DNA of 64,000 bases from Amoebophrya sp. A120 (lineage: Eukaryota > Protista > Dinoflagellata), in the NCBI GenBank assembly GCA_905178155.1, contig CAJINV010000003.1, positions 754,517 to 818,516 of the forward strand, read 5' to 3'. The notes beneath the pieces are model-generated. The model saw only the letters and a list, made by a program, of their open reading frames with translations, had not been told where the DNA came from and made no database searches. Positions 1-12,053 of the stretch are shown here, piece after piece (the stretch's first letter is position 1; every line of letters begins with the position of its first letter). The translations under genes were made by a program, and so were the position numbers.

Positions 1-438
1 ACAGCGAAAAAAGGATTCCTAGGAATGGGAAAGCTCGAACACAACACAAAAAGGCCGCACCTAACAGGCATGAAATGCCAATACTGTGATAAGAAAGTTT
101 TGCCGACCACCGACCACCTTTTGTATGAATGCCAGCAAGCAGATTTTGTAGAAGCAAGAGAGAAGTGCTTCGGCCTGCCAAAAATAACGAGTATGAAACA
201 GCGATGCGAAATTCTAAAAAGCACGCAAATGACACGCAAAGTACTGACCTATCTTGAAATGACATCTGAAAACCAACCGGGAATACTACCAGAATCGCTA
301 CGCAAAGCGATCCGGGAGAACGTGCAACGGGACACATCGGAGCAGCCGAAAGAAGAAAAAGAGCAGTTGAAATTGGACTCGGTCGCGCCGAATCACAAGG
401 CGCTAGTGAGGCTAGTGCCGTGGGTGGACATGGTCTAG
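1..438 (+). mobile_element. 3' end of a non-LTR (LINE) retrotransposon ORF2 (C-terminal CCHC zinc-binding region); truncated by window edge
   Basis: ORF contains CQYC-x8-HLLYEC (KCQYCDKKVLPTTDHLLYECQ), matching the zf-RVT/CCHC motif found after RT in LINEs; frame is open from the window start. Confidence 0.6.
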
Positions 439-2554
439 GAAGAGGAGGCGAATCAAGGCGGGTGCGCCTGCTACGAGTGCAACCCGAAGATGTGCACCTG
501 TTTGCCGGTCTGGCGAAAAAGGCGACACAGAGCTACGAGATTCGGAGCGATTTGCAGCAGACGAAGAAACCCCCCGGTGTTGGGGCAGTCGGGGGAGGTA
601 ATTCCCTACCGAAGTTCGGAAAGGTGCGAAGGTTTCCCGGACCGAAGTAAAGAGTACGGAATAGCATAGTTACTTGATCGCGCTAGATTTTTTATGTTCG
701 TGTAGTCTTCCAGTAGTACTCTTCTTAGTAGGCTTCTTTCAGTTAAGACCAGTCAGTCAGGACACGCGCAAACATCTTTCACACCATAGCAGTTCACGTT
801 CAAAACGAAGAAACAAAAATATAAAAAACAAAAATGAAACAGTTACACCTCAGTAAAAAGCTCCAACGTAGCAGCGAGCAGGAAGGAGAAAGTGCGTCAC
901 ACGAGCGGGGTGCGTAGGGTGTTGGTGCGGGAGGAGCGGAACTACGCATTTCCAATCACACTGGTGACGCACGGCATCCGGGATGGCCGCAGCAGGAGTA
1001 CGAACACACAGAGAGGTTTTCCGTCTGAGTTTCCACACCGAAAAGTACGAAGACGCCAAATACGGGCACCATCGTCACAGAAGAAAAGGACAAAAATCGC
1101 AAAGAAGAGTACAGCTGATGCCCACTCAAAATTTCTAGGTCCCGTCGCGTAAAAATAGAGCGCAAGAAAAAAATAAAGAAAGAAGTACTACACGGAAGCG
1201 CAGCACCCAAAACACAAAGCAGGTCGTGGCAGACGCAGCCCGCGTAAGACTTCTACTAGAGGAGCGGCGCCTGCGTCTGTCCGGAGGAGGTGCCACTTCT
1301 GTTCTTTCGTAGTTTCGTTATGAGTGCTTCGTGTCCTGAGAGGAAATCCGGATATCAAAACTCAAAAACACACTCTTGCTGGTTGCAAAACCAAGTGCAA
1401 CCTACGCCGATGGCCCCGGCCGGGCGCAGGTAGAACTTCTTGTACTCGTTCACCACAACAGCGGGGGGATCGACGAACCCTCGCTGCGGGCTTCAGCCTA
1501 CAGGTAACTCTGTTGCGGTTGCCCCTCATTACTACGTCCTCGCGCAGTGGCTCACATCCTCTCGTCGAACAGGTGTGGCGTCTGGGCACTCCGGGTACGG
1601 GCCTTAGGTCACCAACCGGTTGTCGCTCCAGCGCCACAAACCCGAAACTCTCCAGTATACGTGTCCAGATACAAACAGGTCCAGAGAGCCACTGAGCATG
1701 CAGCAGCTGGGTTGGGTGGGGCGATCGCAGTACAGACTCGGTGTCGGGCCTCGAGCGGAAAAAGGAAGACAATGGGTGGCACTGAAGTCCTAGGTTTTGC
1801 ACACCCGGAAGGACTATTTGCCCACCTTTACCGATCTATTTCCAGCTCGGCTTGTCGATACCAGAACTATGTCCTATAGTTAAGCTTAAGAAAGTAAAAG
1901 ACTAGTAGATAGAAGCTTACTATAGAGGTTTCCTCCTCCTCCTCCTCCCTCCAAGTGGATGAAAGAAGACCAGTGCTGCTGGGTTACAGTGCAGGAAATC
2001 GAACGCGCTTTCGCGGCTCTGTGGACAGGACAATACTTTTTTTGTTGCGCAATCCATCGGAATTGCCACTCAATCGCAATTTATTTATCAATTTGATTTT
2101 GAATAGAGGTCGAGGTCCACCATGGTTGACATCGCTGGTCGGCGAGACAAAGCGACCGATGCAACCCTAGGTCGTCTCTCCTGTTGAAAACAATTGCTGG
2201 CTGGTAGAGTTGTTCGGCTTCGGTCTTTTCTTGATGGAAAAACTGTTCTTCTTCGCGTTTGCTCATATGGTTGCGACAAATCGTGCCAGTATCTTTGGTC
2301 GTGTTGAGCACACTTTTCAATTCTGTGTCATTGGAGGATCTTCTTGGTTTTTTCATTTTCAAGGTGAGGTAGAAGTTTATTTCGGTTGCGCGCAATCCGC
2401 CGGACCTTAGAGATGCAGATGTAAGACAATGCATGGGCTTCGGAGCATCTACATGAGAAGATACATCATGCGCAGGCTTCCACGACTCGGCGCAAAACCT
2501 ATTTCACAAAAGTAGCATCATCAATTGCACGACCCCCGTGCTGGAAAAAGAACA

Positions 2555-5500
2555 ATGCTAGCCGTGCCCTCGACGTTTGGCGCCACCAAAGTTGGTCGGC
2601 GTGGCATGTTTTCGGTGGCTCATGCTTCAGACGAGATTCGTTTTGTGGAGCGAGGATCGACGCAGGGTCGTGCACCACGACCTACTACGGCCACACGGTT
2701 TCCTCCTCGAGGTCATCTTGAGACAAGTGCAGAAGCTGATGGCGGTGGACAAACGCTCGGCCGCGGCGAAGATGCGTTTACAACGACAGCTAAAAAGAAA
2801 TCCAGTCCCTCGTCTAGTGGCACAACTGGCATGAAACTCGGCACTATGAAATTCCACGAGCAGATAAACAGAAAAAGGCTGTTTTTCGAAGCAGGATCGC
2901 AGCCGTCGCGGTGGAAGGTTATCGCTTTGCACGACCCGGAGACCTACGAGCTGAAAACTGAACAGGAGAAACACCGGGAGCAGTACCTTCGCTTCAGGAG
3001 ACGGCGGCGGCAGAAATGGGGCGTCTTGCTGAATCCGTTACATGGTTTGGAAAAGCGCGGGTACGCGGACCCGAACACGCTGAATTTCCCGGAGCTCCTG
3101 GATATGACGGAGCGGGCGTCTGCGGAACGAGTTGCCAACCCCATTTTCTGGAACCAAGTCGTCATCCGCGCGGTGCGGCTCCGGGATGTGTGTCGTATAG
3201 ATCATTTCGTGCGCTTCCTGCACGTACTGACCGACGCGCGGCCGCTGGACCGGGATCGCGTCATGGGCCTGTTCCGAAAAGCCGTGCGCGAGGTTCGCCA
3301 AGACGCTTTCAGCCGGCTGACTCTGGCCGAGGGAGCGACCCTGCTGAAGTGCTACGCCCACTACCGGCTGCGGAGCGTACCGCTCTGCGAAACCATGCAG
3401 AGAAAAGCGCTGCAGGAGCTCGCGCCGCTGTTCCTGCCAGAAATAAATCATGAGTATCTTCGCTCTCAGTCAGATGAAATGAGCGTAGAGGAGAAGTGCG
3501 CCTACGACCCAGCTGTGCAAGAAACAGATGCTGGGGCGAACGCTGCATTTCCATTGGCTTCGAAAACAGAGGTGCCTCAGGACGGAGGAGCGCCACGACA
3601 TGCTTGCCAAGACGATGGGATAACATCTTCGGCGCTTGCTGGGCCGCAAGGCACTGAAGACATGATTCCTGATCATGATTTCGATGAAGGTATTTCATCT
3701 GCTTATGCAGCTGCTCCGGAAGACACGAGCAAACCTCTGACGAGACTACAGCGGCGAGCTGCTCGCAAGGATCAAGCCAAGAAGGAAGCAGCTGCGCAGG
3801 GAACAACAGGAACTTCCCATCCTGCACAAAAAGCTGCTCAGAGTGCTGCTGAAAGCGCAACAAGTTCCGCTCCTTCACTGAAAGTAAACGATAACGAAAT
3901 CATCGACGTGCTGCACCACCTCGCCGACATGATCGGAAGCTTTACGAAAATGGAGTACAATTTCCTGGACGAAGAGCAATGTCCACTCGCAGCTGAGTTT
4001 TCTGCGCTGGTGCAAGCAGTGCTCGACAGAGTATCGCATAGATGTGCGCTTGGTCGTGATGAGGACCAAGAGCGTCCTGATCTTCACAAACAACAACCAC
4101 CTCGCACCACTTTTCTCCGCCTCGCTGATTTATCTGCGCTGTCGAGAGCGGGCTTTTCGATTTCTCCTGATTACTTTGCTCTAACAGTGCACCATCACGA
4201 CGCGGCCGTGGGCGCTTCCGAGATGAAAAACTCCGATGCTGAAGATCGAACGGGAGACGCTAGCGACGGCAGGGTGGGAAACCAGGAAGATTCGCGCGAA
4301 GGTCATGTAGCTGCAAACCGCGCATCGGCGCCAGAAGGCGGAGAAACAAGTGCAACGGGCGAAGGGAACAAGACCAAAGAAGAAGGTGTTTCAGAGGACC
4401 AGACCGGGCAACATCAAGTAGATGACGCTGCAGAGATTCAGTTACAGACCTGGAGCGACGTCGCGCTGTATCTTCCTGTCGAAACTGCGCCGGATCTCTT
4501 TTCAGTCGTGGTTCGAAACGTCAAGCGATGTCTGGCGCTGGATGATCCACCCACGCTTTCTCCTTCTTGCGTACAGACGAGTACGACGTACGACGAGAAC
4601 GGCCAGCCTGCCGGCTTCGCTCCGCCCCTCCGTCTAGCGCCGTTCGTGCCTGTTTCAAATTCCACCTCCAGGTCGGCCATTGCGACTTCTGGTGGTAGCC
4701 GCGACTTGGAAGGAGGGCAGTTTCCTTCGGCAGTGATTGACCACCCCGGGGAAGTGGTCTTTCGCAGAAAAATCGCGCGCTCCCTTGTTTCCTTGTTACA
4801 GGGAGCTTTGCGGACACGGCAACGATCGTGCGTAGAGCTCGTCACGTACGATGCCGAATTGTGCGAGGACTACCTCCTTCCCTGCATCCGCGAACTCTCT
4901 CCGCAGGAAATCGAGATTGTGTGGCGATCCTTTTTTCGACGACACAGCCGAACGACGAGACGGGCACTTGGTGAGGGCGAGGAGCAAGAAACCGACCATG
5001 TTGAAGATAATCCTTCCGCCAGTCTGTATGGGAGTGCCAGGTTTGAAATCGACAAAGTGAAAGTTGAAATGATTTGCCATGCATAAAATGGATGCCAGTT
5101 GGAACCCAGTTTCCAAGTAGCGCAAGACAAATTTTGCTGATGCCTAAATCCAGTTTGTAATGCTGTTTGGGTAAGGAAGACGCTTTTTGTCATGCTTCTT
5201 TAACAGCTCTATTTCTACCCCTCAACAGGCTTACAATCTGCCTCCCTTGCGTACTCTGCAAGACAGGCGCTTTGTGGGTTGCGTTTTATGCATCACAGAC
5301 TATTTCAACTTTGACGATTTCAATCCTGACGCTTCCATAGTCTGCTGTTTGCACCTCTACTTGGTGAAGCTTGTCGGAAATTTGATTTGCTCTCGGCAAG
5401 GATGGTCCGGCAAATGGCAGGCCACATCGAAAAGAAGTGGCAAAGAGCCGACGAGCATGCGGAGAGTGGGCAGGTGTGGGCACCAGCGGGAGAGGAAGTG

Positions 5501-5659
5501 ACAGACGGGAAGGTCGTGACGCAGCCGCAGGAACGCGACTTCACCGAAAAGTACTTTTTGCAGCTGAAATCTCGGTACTTGGATCAGATCTCTTTCGCAG
5601 GCTACAGAAAAGTGTTAGCGCACGACGAGAAAACTTCATCTCCTGACGCAGTGCGATAA
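2555..5659 (+). CDS. Hypothetical protein (~930 aa), Arg-rich N-terminus suggestive of organelle targeting; 2 exons split by a non-canonical introner
   Basis: 853-aa ORF joins the 5387-5659 ORF in frame (…SASL|LFAPLLGEACRKFDLLSARM…) after removing 5027-5344 (318 nt). Confidence 0.7.
5027..5339. mobile_element. Introner (family D, TATGG termini) with ~60-bp imperfect TIR, TSD GTCTG
   Basis: Left TATGGGAGTGCCAGGTTTGAAATCGACAAAG…ATGCATAAAA pairs with right TTTTATGCAT…CTTTGACGATTTCAATCCTGACGCTTCCATA; GTCTG at 5022-5026 and 5340-5344. Confidence 0.85.
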
Positions 5660-6729
5660 AGCCGAATGAACGAATAACAGAGCTTCTGCTAAAAGTGCTA
5701 AATGCTGAGAATACAGAATGTAAGTCACATAATGAAGCAGTAGCAGGGTGACTTGTTATTGTTTATGAAGCCCAGATGCACGAGCAAGTCCGACACTAGA
5801 CGACCCTGAAGTCTTTGTATACCTGTCCCCCAATTATGGCAATGGCTTGTAGCGAAGCATGCAGAACTGAACAGGGTGAGAGAAATCGTGCGCATTCCTG
5901 TCGTGTCAAAGAAACGCTTGTATCCGCAATCGTAGCATCATGAACATGATGTGTATGCCCATTATATATTCTCACTCTCGTACTAGACTATATCTGCATG
6001 TTAATACAGCAACACCAGCGAGCATTCATCGGTGCTTGAGGGAATTGCTAGCGGACTGATCGGTAGTGTTTTTTTTTTCTATCCCAAGGACATCGATGTC
6101 CTGTTCAGTTTTGTTTTGAAATTTGTTGCCTTGCAGAAGGCGATCGGTGATTTTCTGTCGTGTAAATGAGCACGTGAAAAGTCGGGTTTTCTGTAACGCG
6201 AAGGCGCGACTTATGCTGTTTTTTTCGCTGCAGGTCGGTAATTTTTGTTTTTTCCGTCTTGCCACTGAAAGTGTAGTTTGCGTGACAACATATGTAGCAA
6301 GAAATGTGCTGTGGCTATGGCTTCATCTCTACCAACAGGGGACAAAGAGACCGAACTCGGGTAGCACTTAACGAGAACGAGAAGAAAGTCGAGTTACTTG
6401 ACGAATTTTTTAGAAGTGTTTCCCCACTTCTGTAGTTTCAGTTTCAACATCAGCCTGCACTTTCTATCTCTAAAGAGAAGGTAGCCTTTGTCACCACCTC
6501 CGACCCACGCAAAGAAAATACTTCAAGGCGAGAATCCCTCCTCCAACTACCACGACTACTTCTACCCGAGAGCATCCATTTCAAGATTCAACACCGACCA
6601 CGATCGTGCGTCCATTTCATCAAGATTCCACATTCACAAGATACTAGTTGGTTCTTGTGAAAGTAGGTGTAGCGACCAAGAAAATTAAATCTTCCCTGTG
6701 TAGAAGTCGTATCAAATTAAAGCAAGAAA

Positions 6730-9700
6730 ATGTTTCAAAACGCAGTCAGGCGGCAGTTCCGCTTTTCGCGGGTTTTGAACCGACACAGCCCGATTCCGAT
6801 CCCGGTACAGGCACGACAGATTGCGACCTTTCGAAAGGAGTATGAGGCACACGTAGCGGAGCGCGCTGCCGAGGGCGTTCCACCAACGCCACTCACAGCC
6901 ACGCAAACAAAGCGAGTCTGCGAGCTGTTGACCGAGAAGACCGGCGAGGATGGTAAGTACGATGCGATCGGTTTGAACGATGATCGTGTAGATTATCACA
7001 ACTACATTTAGGCAGGACAGATACTTAGATTTGGAGTTGATCTACTTCTCGTCATTTTTATGTGCGCTTTGTATACTGAAACTGATACTGAAACTGATGA
7101 GCATACTTCTGTAAAAATGACAAAAAAACTACAGCCGCCTGGTTGAAGGAGCTTTTGACAACCCGCGTCCCGGCCGGCGTGGATGACGCCGCCAAGGAGA
7201 AGGCGTTCTTCCTGGACCAGGTGTCGAAGGGCAAGGCCAGCTGCAGCGTGATTTCCAAGGCGGAGGCCACGGAGTATTTGGGCACCATGCTCGGGGGGTT
7301 CAACGTGCAGTGCCTGATTGACGCGTTGGACGACGCGGAGCTCGCGCCGATCGCGCAGAAGGCGCTGTCCCACACCCTGTTGGTCTTTGACGCCTTCCAC
7401 GACGTGGAGGAGAAGGCGAAAAACGGGAACACGTATGCATTGCAAGTATCATGTCCGGGTCTCGAACAATAAACCTGTGATGCTGAGTTGCGCATGATTG
7501 CAACGCTTGCAATGGCATCAAGCTGGCATGGCAAGTTTTTGGAACGCAGCTCTAAAATGCCTAGCGCGCATTACAAATTACGTTTTTGCATGCAAAACGA
7601 AGTGCAGCTCTTTTGTTGCTCATGCAACTACACAGATTTTGCAGGAATGCCCGACACGCATTACAAGTTCCACTCACTTTCCGGACCCAGACATGTTTGC
7701 AATGCATAACACGTTCGCGCAGGCCATCATGGAGTCCTGGGCCGAAGCGGAGTGGTTCCACGCCAAGCCCCCGGTGCCGGAGAAGATCACGTATTACCGT
7801 GAAAAATGCCCCCACCCCCAAAGTTACCATAATTTGTGATGCAAAGTTTAAGTTTCCAAATGAAAACTTTTTGTCATGCATGAAAGGAAAAATATGAATC
7901 TTTGTGATACCGAGTCTAGGCGTATGTAGCATTGCTTGCATGACAAGCGCCGCTCTTGCTGGGATCTGTTGCAATACAAATCTTCCTCTTCGCTATTCAC
8001 GATTGGAGATCTGTTTCTGTTCTTGGAAATGTTTGCAATACAAATGCTCCCAAGTTCGGGGGTGGGGGCGTTTTTCATTGTGATATCACGGTCACCGTGT
8101 TCAAGGTGACCGGCGAAATATGAATTGCAAAAGCATCGCACTCGTGTAAATGCATTACAAATTTCCTCAGCATGAGAAATAAAATTTGTAATGCAGATTT
8201 GCCTTGGGAACAAGATTTGTAATGCAAGATTTGCATTTTTTATACGAGTACGATACTTTTGCACAGGATACGAAACCAACACGGACGACTTGTCCCCCGC
8301 CCCGGACGCGTGGTCCCGGCCGGACATCTATCCTGTGCAAAAGTATCGTATTCGTATTGCAATCATGCATTACAAATCTTTCTCTTAAGGTAAATCAGCA
8401 TTACAAATGTTGTCTCTCATGCTGAGGAAATTTGTAATGCATTTATACGAGAACGAGTACGATACTTTTGCACAGCATAACGTCCCGCTGCACGCCAACG
8501 CCATGTTGAAGAACGAGCGGGACGGCATCCACAACGCAAAACAGCAAATCGCCGAACTCGCCGAGAAGGGACACCAAATCGGTATTTATTACCAAAAATG
8601 CCACTGCGTGCTGGTCATTCTTGTGTATGAAAAAAATGTCTAAAGGTAAAGACGATGAAGATGTTTGCAATATTGAATGCCCACTTCTTCCTCGAATCTT
8701 GATAAATTCGACTTTTCGTGTGAGCTGCTTCACCTCCTGCGAGGTTTTTCTACCTCTTCATCTCGGAGATGATATCATGAAAGAAATAAATCCAACCCAA
8801 ATCTACAGCGTATGTCGGCGACGTTGTCGGCACGGGTAGTTCGCGAAAATCCGCGACCAACTCCGTGATGTGGTTTATGGGGGATGAAATCCCCTTCATT
8901 CCCAACAAGAAGCAGGGCGGCGTGTGCATCGGTGGCGTGATCGCCCCCATCTTTTTCAACACCATGGAAGACTCCGGCTGCTTGCCCATCGAAATGGACG
9001 TGCAGAACATGGCCATGGGAGACGTGATCGACATCTTCCCCTATCAGGGCAAAGTCTGCAAGCACGGCACCGACGATGTCATCACCAACTTCGAGCTCAA
9101 GACCGAGGTCTTGCTGGACGAAGTGCAGGCTGGAGGTACTTCTATGGCAACACTTTATAAAAAAGCTGGCTACTTTTTGTTACCTTCATCGTTCGTTGTA
9201 GAAGCAGCTGTCAACCCAAAAATGATGACCGGATTGATTTCAAAATTCGATGGCGAGATGTAGTCACGTCGGATTACTTCACGTATTTATGCTAATGCTA
9301 ATCCAAAGCTGGATTGAAAAAAATAAAAAAATTCTAGGCCGCATTCCGTTGATTATCGGTCGTGGGTTGACCCGGCGTGTTATCAAATGCAAAAATGTCT
9401 GGGTCTGGAAGATTGGAACTTGTGCTGCATGTTGCGCATCATACCAAAAATCTGTGTTGCGTTACTTGCAAAAGGTGCCCATTTCTTGCTATGCTGAGGG
9501 GGTATTTCTCATGCAGAACAGGCATCACAGAGGGGCTGCAGGTCCTGTGATGCTAGGTCCTGCATTCCAGACTTAGTGGAGCTTAGAGAAACTGCATGAG
9601 AAATCTCGGAATCTTCCAGACCCAGACATTTTTGCACTTGATACGTGCGCGTGAGTCTTTGGGCAAGCCCCCGAGCGAGGTGTTCCGCCTGCCCGCGGGC

Positions 9701-12053
9701 GCCGGCCAGACCGCGGACGGCTACACGCTGGCGCAGAAGATTGTGGGCCGGGCTTGCGGGGAGGACGGCATCCTGCCGGGAACCTACTGCGAACCTGCCA
9801 TGGGCACGGTCGGGAGTCAGGACACCACGGGACCGATGACCCGCGACGAGCTGAAGGACCTGGCGTGCCTGGGCTTCTCCGCAGACTTGGTCATGCAGTC
9901 CTTCTGCCACACGGCGGCCTACCCAAAGCCCGTCGATGTCATCACCCACAACACCCTGCCGGACTTCATGCACGGTATATGAAAATTTGTGGTTTATTAG
10001 TCAGAATTAAATTTGTGGTTGAGTCAGAGTTTTTGCCTTTGAACATAGGACTAAGAATGTGACGTGCTGGTTGCCCTTCGCCAAAGCGTCGGCGCCGGCA
10101 TTCTCTGCTAAGTATCGCATCAAAGTTGTTGAAGAAAATCATCATGAAACTCAAAAGCTGCAAATAATACTGAACAGACCGTGGTGGCGTTGCTTTGCGT
10201 CCTGGTGACGGCATTATCCACTCCTGGTTGAACCGCATGCTGCTCCCCGACCAAGTGGGTACCGGCGGCGACAGTCACACGCGGTTCCCGCTGGGTATTT
10301 CCTTTCCGGCCGGGTCCGGTCTGGTCGCGTTCGCGGCCGCCACCGGCGTGATGCCCCTGGACATGCCGGAGTCCGTGTTGGTCCGGTTCCACGGCAAGAT
10401 GCAGCCGGGCATCACGCTCCGCGACTTGGTGCACGCCATCCCCTACTACGCCATCCAGCAGGGGCTCCTCACCGTGGAGAAGAAGGGCAAGAAGAACGTG
10501 TTCAGCGGCAAGGTGCTGGAGATCGAGGGCCTCCCGGAACTCACGGTCGAACAGGCGTTCGAGTTGTCCGACGCCTCCGCCGAGCGGTCCGCTGCCGGGT
10601 GCAGTATCGACCTGAACCGCGACTCGGTCGAGGAGTACTTGTCTTCGAACATCACCATGCTGAAGTGGATGATCTCGGAGGGCTACAACGACGAGCGCAC
10701 CCTGCGCCGGCGGATCGGCAAGATGGAGGAGTTCCTGAAGGAGGGCACGCCGCTGCTGAAGGCCGACAAAGGCGCCAAGTACCACACCGTCATCGAGATC
10801 GACCTCGCAGACGTGAAGGAGCCCGTGCTGTGCTGCCCCAACGATCCGGATGACGCAAAATTGCTGTCCGACGTCGCGGGGACGAAAATTGACGAGGTCT
10901 TTATCGGGTCCTGCATGACCAACATCGGCCACTTCCGCGCCGCCGCGGAGGTGCTCAAGACGATGCCAGGTAATTGAACTTTACTTCAATATTGACCACG
11001 GCACGAGTTTGCATTGTGATGTAGTAGCGATAATAGCAACACCAGCAACTTGTTAATATAGCGGTACTTGTTTGTGTTTTCGTTTTCGCGACAACACAAG
11101 GAGTGAAGATGTTTTGCTTTGTACAGAAGCAACTTCTTTCAACCATAAGCACAACCACTCCACAGCTGGTAGCGCCGTGCCGACTAGGTTGTGGATCGCT
11201 CCTCCCACCAAGATGGACGAGGCCCAGCTGATTCAGGAGGGACACTACTCGACCTTCGGCACCGCGGGGGCGCGGCTGGAGATGCCGGGGTGCAGTTTGT
11301 GCATGGGGAACCAGGCGCGAATCGCCGAGAAGTCCACCGCCGTTTCCATATCAAATGCAAAAGTGTCTGGGTCTGGAAGGTTGGAGCGTGTGATGCGCAT
11401 TTCGAAACACAGAAAAATCTCTCACGCATCGGCAGCAAAAGTTGCCCACTTTCTGTCACCAAATAAATGGGGGACTTGTCATGCGGATTCAGCATTGTGG
11501 AAGCTTCTCGAGACCTGTGATGCTAGAGCTTCCACCAGACCTTCTGCGTCATGCAAAAACAGCATGACCTTCCAGACCCAGACACTTTTGCTTTTGATAT
11601 TCCACCTCCACACGCAACTTCCCCAACCGATTAGGCAAGGGCACCAACGTCTTCCTCAGTTCCGCAGAGGTAAGTTGACCTTTAAGTATGAAGAACTTGT
11701 TTGGCGTTTGCGCATGCGCTCAGCGCTCTGCCTCTCAATTATATTACTCTGATATACTTATGATTGTGTTTACCTTTACTCTACGTGTCCGAACGTGTAC
11801 TAATCTGCATTTGCACGTGACCACATGACCGTCGCGGCCAAAAATGCGGCAACATCGAAAGTTTCATTTATGTACCCATCGATCTCTCTATCACTATCAG
11901 GTCGCCGCGGTGAGTTCCATCTTGGGTAAGTTGCCCACGCCCGCAGAGTACATGGAGTATGCCCAGAAGTTTGACACCAACAAATCTTCCATCTACCGCT
12001 ACCTGAACTTCCACCAGATGGAGAATTTCCAGAAGGCGGCTGGCAGTGTGTAA
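6730..12053 (+). CDS. acnB: Aconitate hydratase B (bacterial-type aconitase 2) with N-terminal mitochondrial-type presequence; 13 exons: 6730-6952, 7135-7433, 7714-7791, 8091-8118, 8276-8328, 8485-8581, 8809-9135, 9338-9380, 9649-9974, 10178-10969, 11166-11348, 11605-11669, 11901-12053 (introner junctions ±1 within TSD)
   Basis: Spliced peptide has AcnB motifs: [140 protein letters not shown]. Six GT-AG introns (6953-7134, 8582-8808, 9136-9337, 9975-10177, 10970-11165, 11670-11900) plus six introners. Confidence 0.96.
7434..7708. mobile_element. Introner (family A variant) in acnB, TSD ACACG
   Basis: TATGCATTGCAA…GTCCGGGTC / GACCCAGACATGTTTGCAATGCATA; removal gives [20 protein letters not shown]. 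Confidence 0.92.
7792..8085. mobile_element. Introner (family C) in acnB, TSD TCACG
   Basis: TATTACCGTGAAAAATGCCCCCACCCC / GGGGTGGGGGCGTTTTTCATTGTGATA; removal gives [13 protein letters not shown]. Confidence 0.92.
8119..8270. mobile_element. Introner (family B) in acnB, TSD CGAAA
   Basis: TATGAATTGCAAAAGCATCGCACTCG / CGAGTACGATACTTTTGCACAGGATA; removal gives [13 protein letters not shown]. Confidence 0.93.
8329..8479. mobile_element. Introner (family B) in acnB, TSD ACATC/ACGTC
   Basis: TATCCTGTGCAAAAGTATCGTA / TACGATACTTTTGCACAGCATA; removal gives [14 protein letters not shown]. Confidence 0.93.
9381..9643. mobile_element. Introner (family A) in acnB, TSD CGTGT/CGTGC
   Basis: TATCAAATGCAAAAATGTCTGGGTCTGGAAGATT / AATCTTCCAGACCCAGACATTTTTGCACTTGATA; removal gives GRGLTRR-ARESLG. 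Confidence 0.93.
11349..11599. mobile_element. Introner (family A) in acnB, TSD TTCCA
   Basis: TATCAAATGCAAAAGTGTCTGGGTCTGGAAGG / CCTTCCAGACCCAGACACTTTTGCTTTTGATA; removal gives [15 protein letters not shown]. Confidence 0.95.

Noticed and set aside
1874-1925. Small inverted repeat CTATAGTTAAGCTT…AAGCTTACTATAG
   Set aside because: Single short AT-rich hairpin with no TSD or other copies
5041-5340. Canonical GT-AG intron reading of the first gene's interruption
   Set aside because: It is in frame, but the long TIR and perfect GTCTG TSD explain the region better as an introner starting at 5027; cannot be fully excluded without cDNA
10120-10932. Long antisense ORFs over acnB and other genes
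   Set aside because: Shadow ORFs caused by GC3-rich codon usage on the + strand
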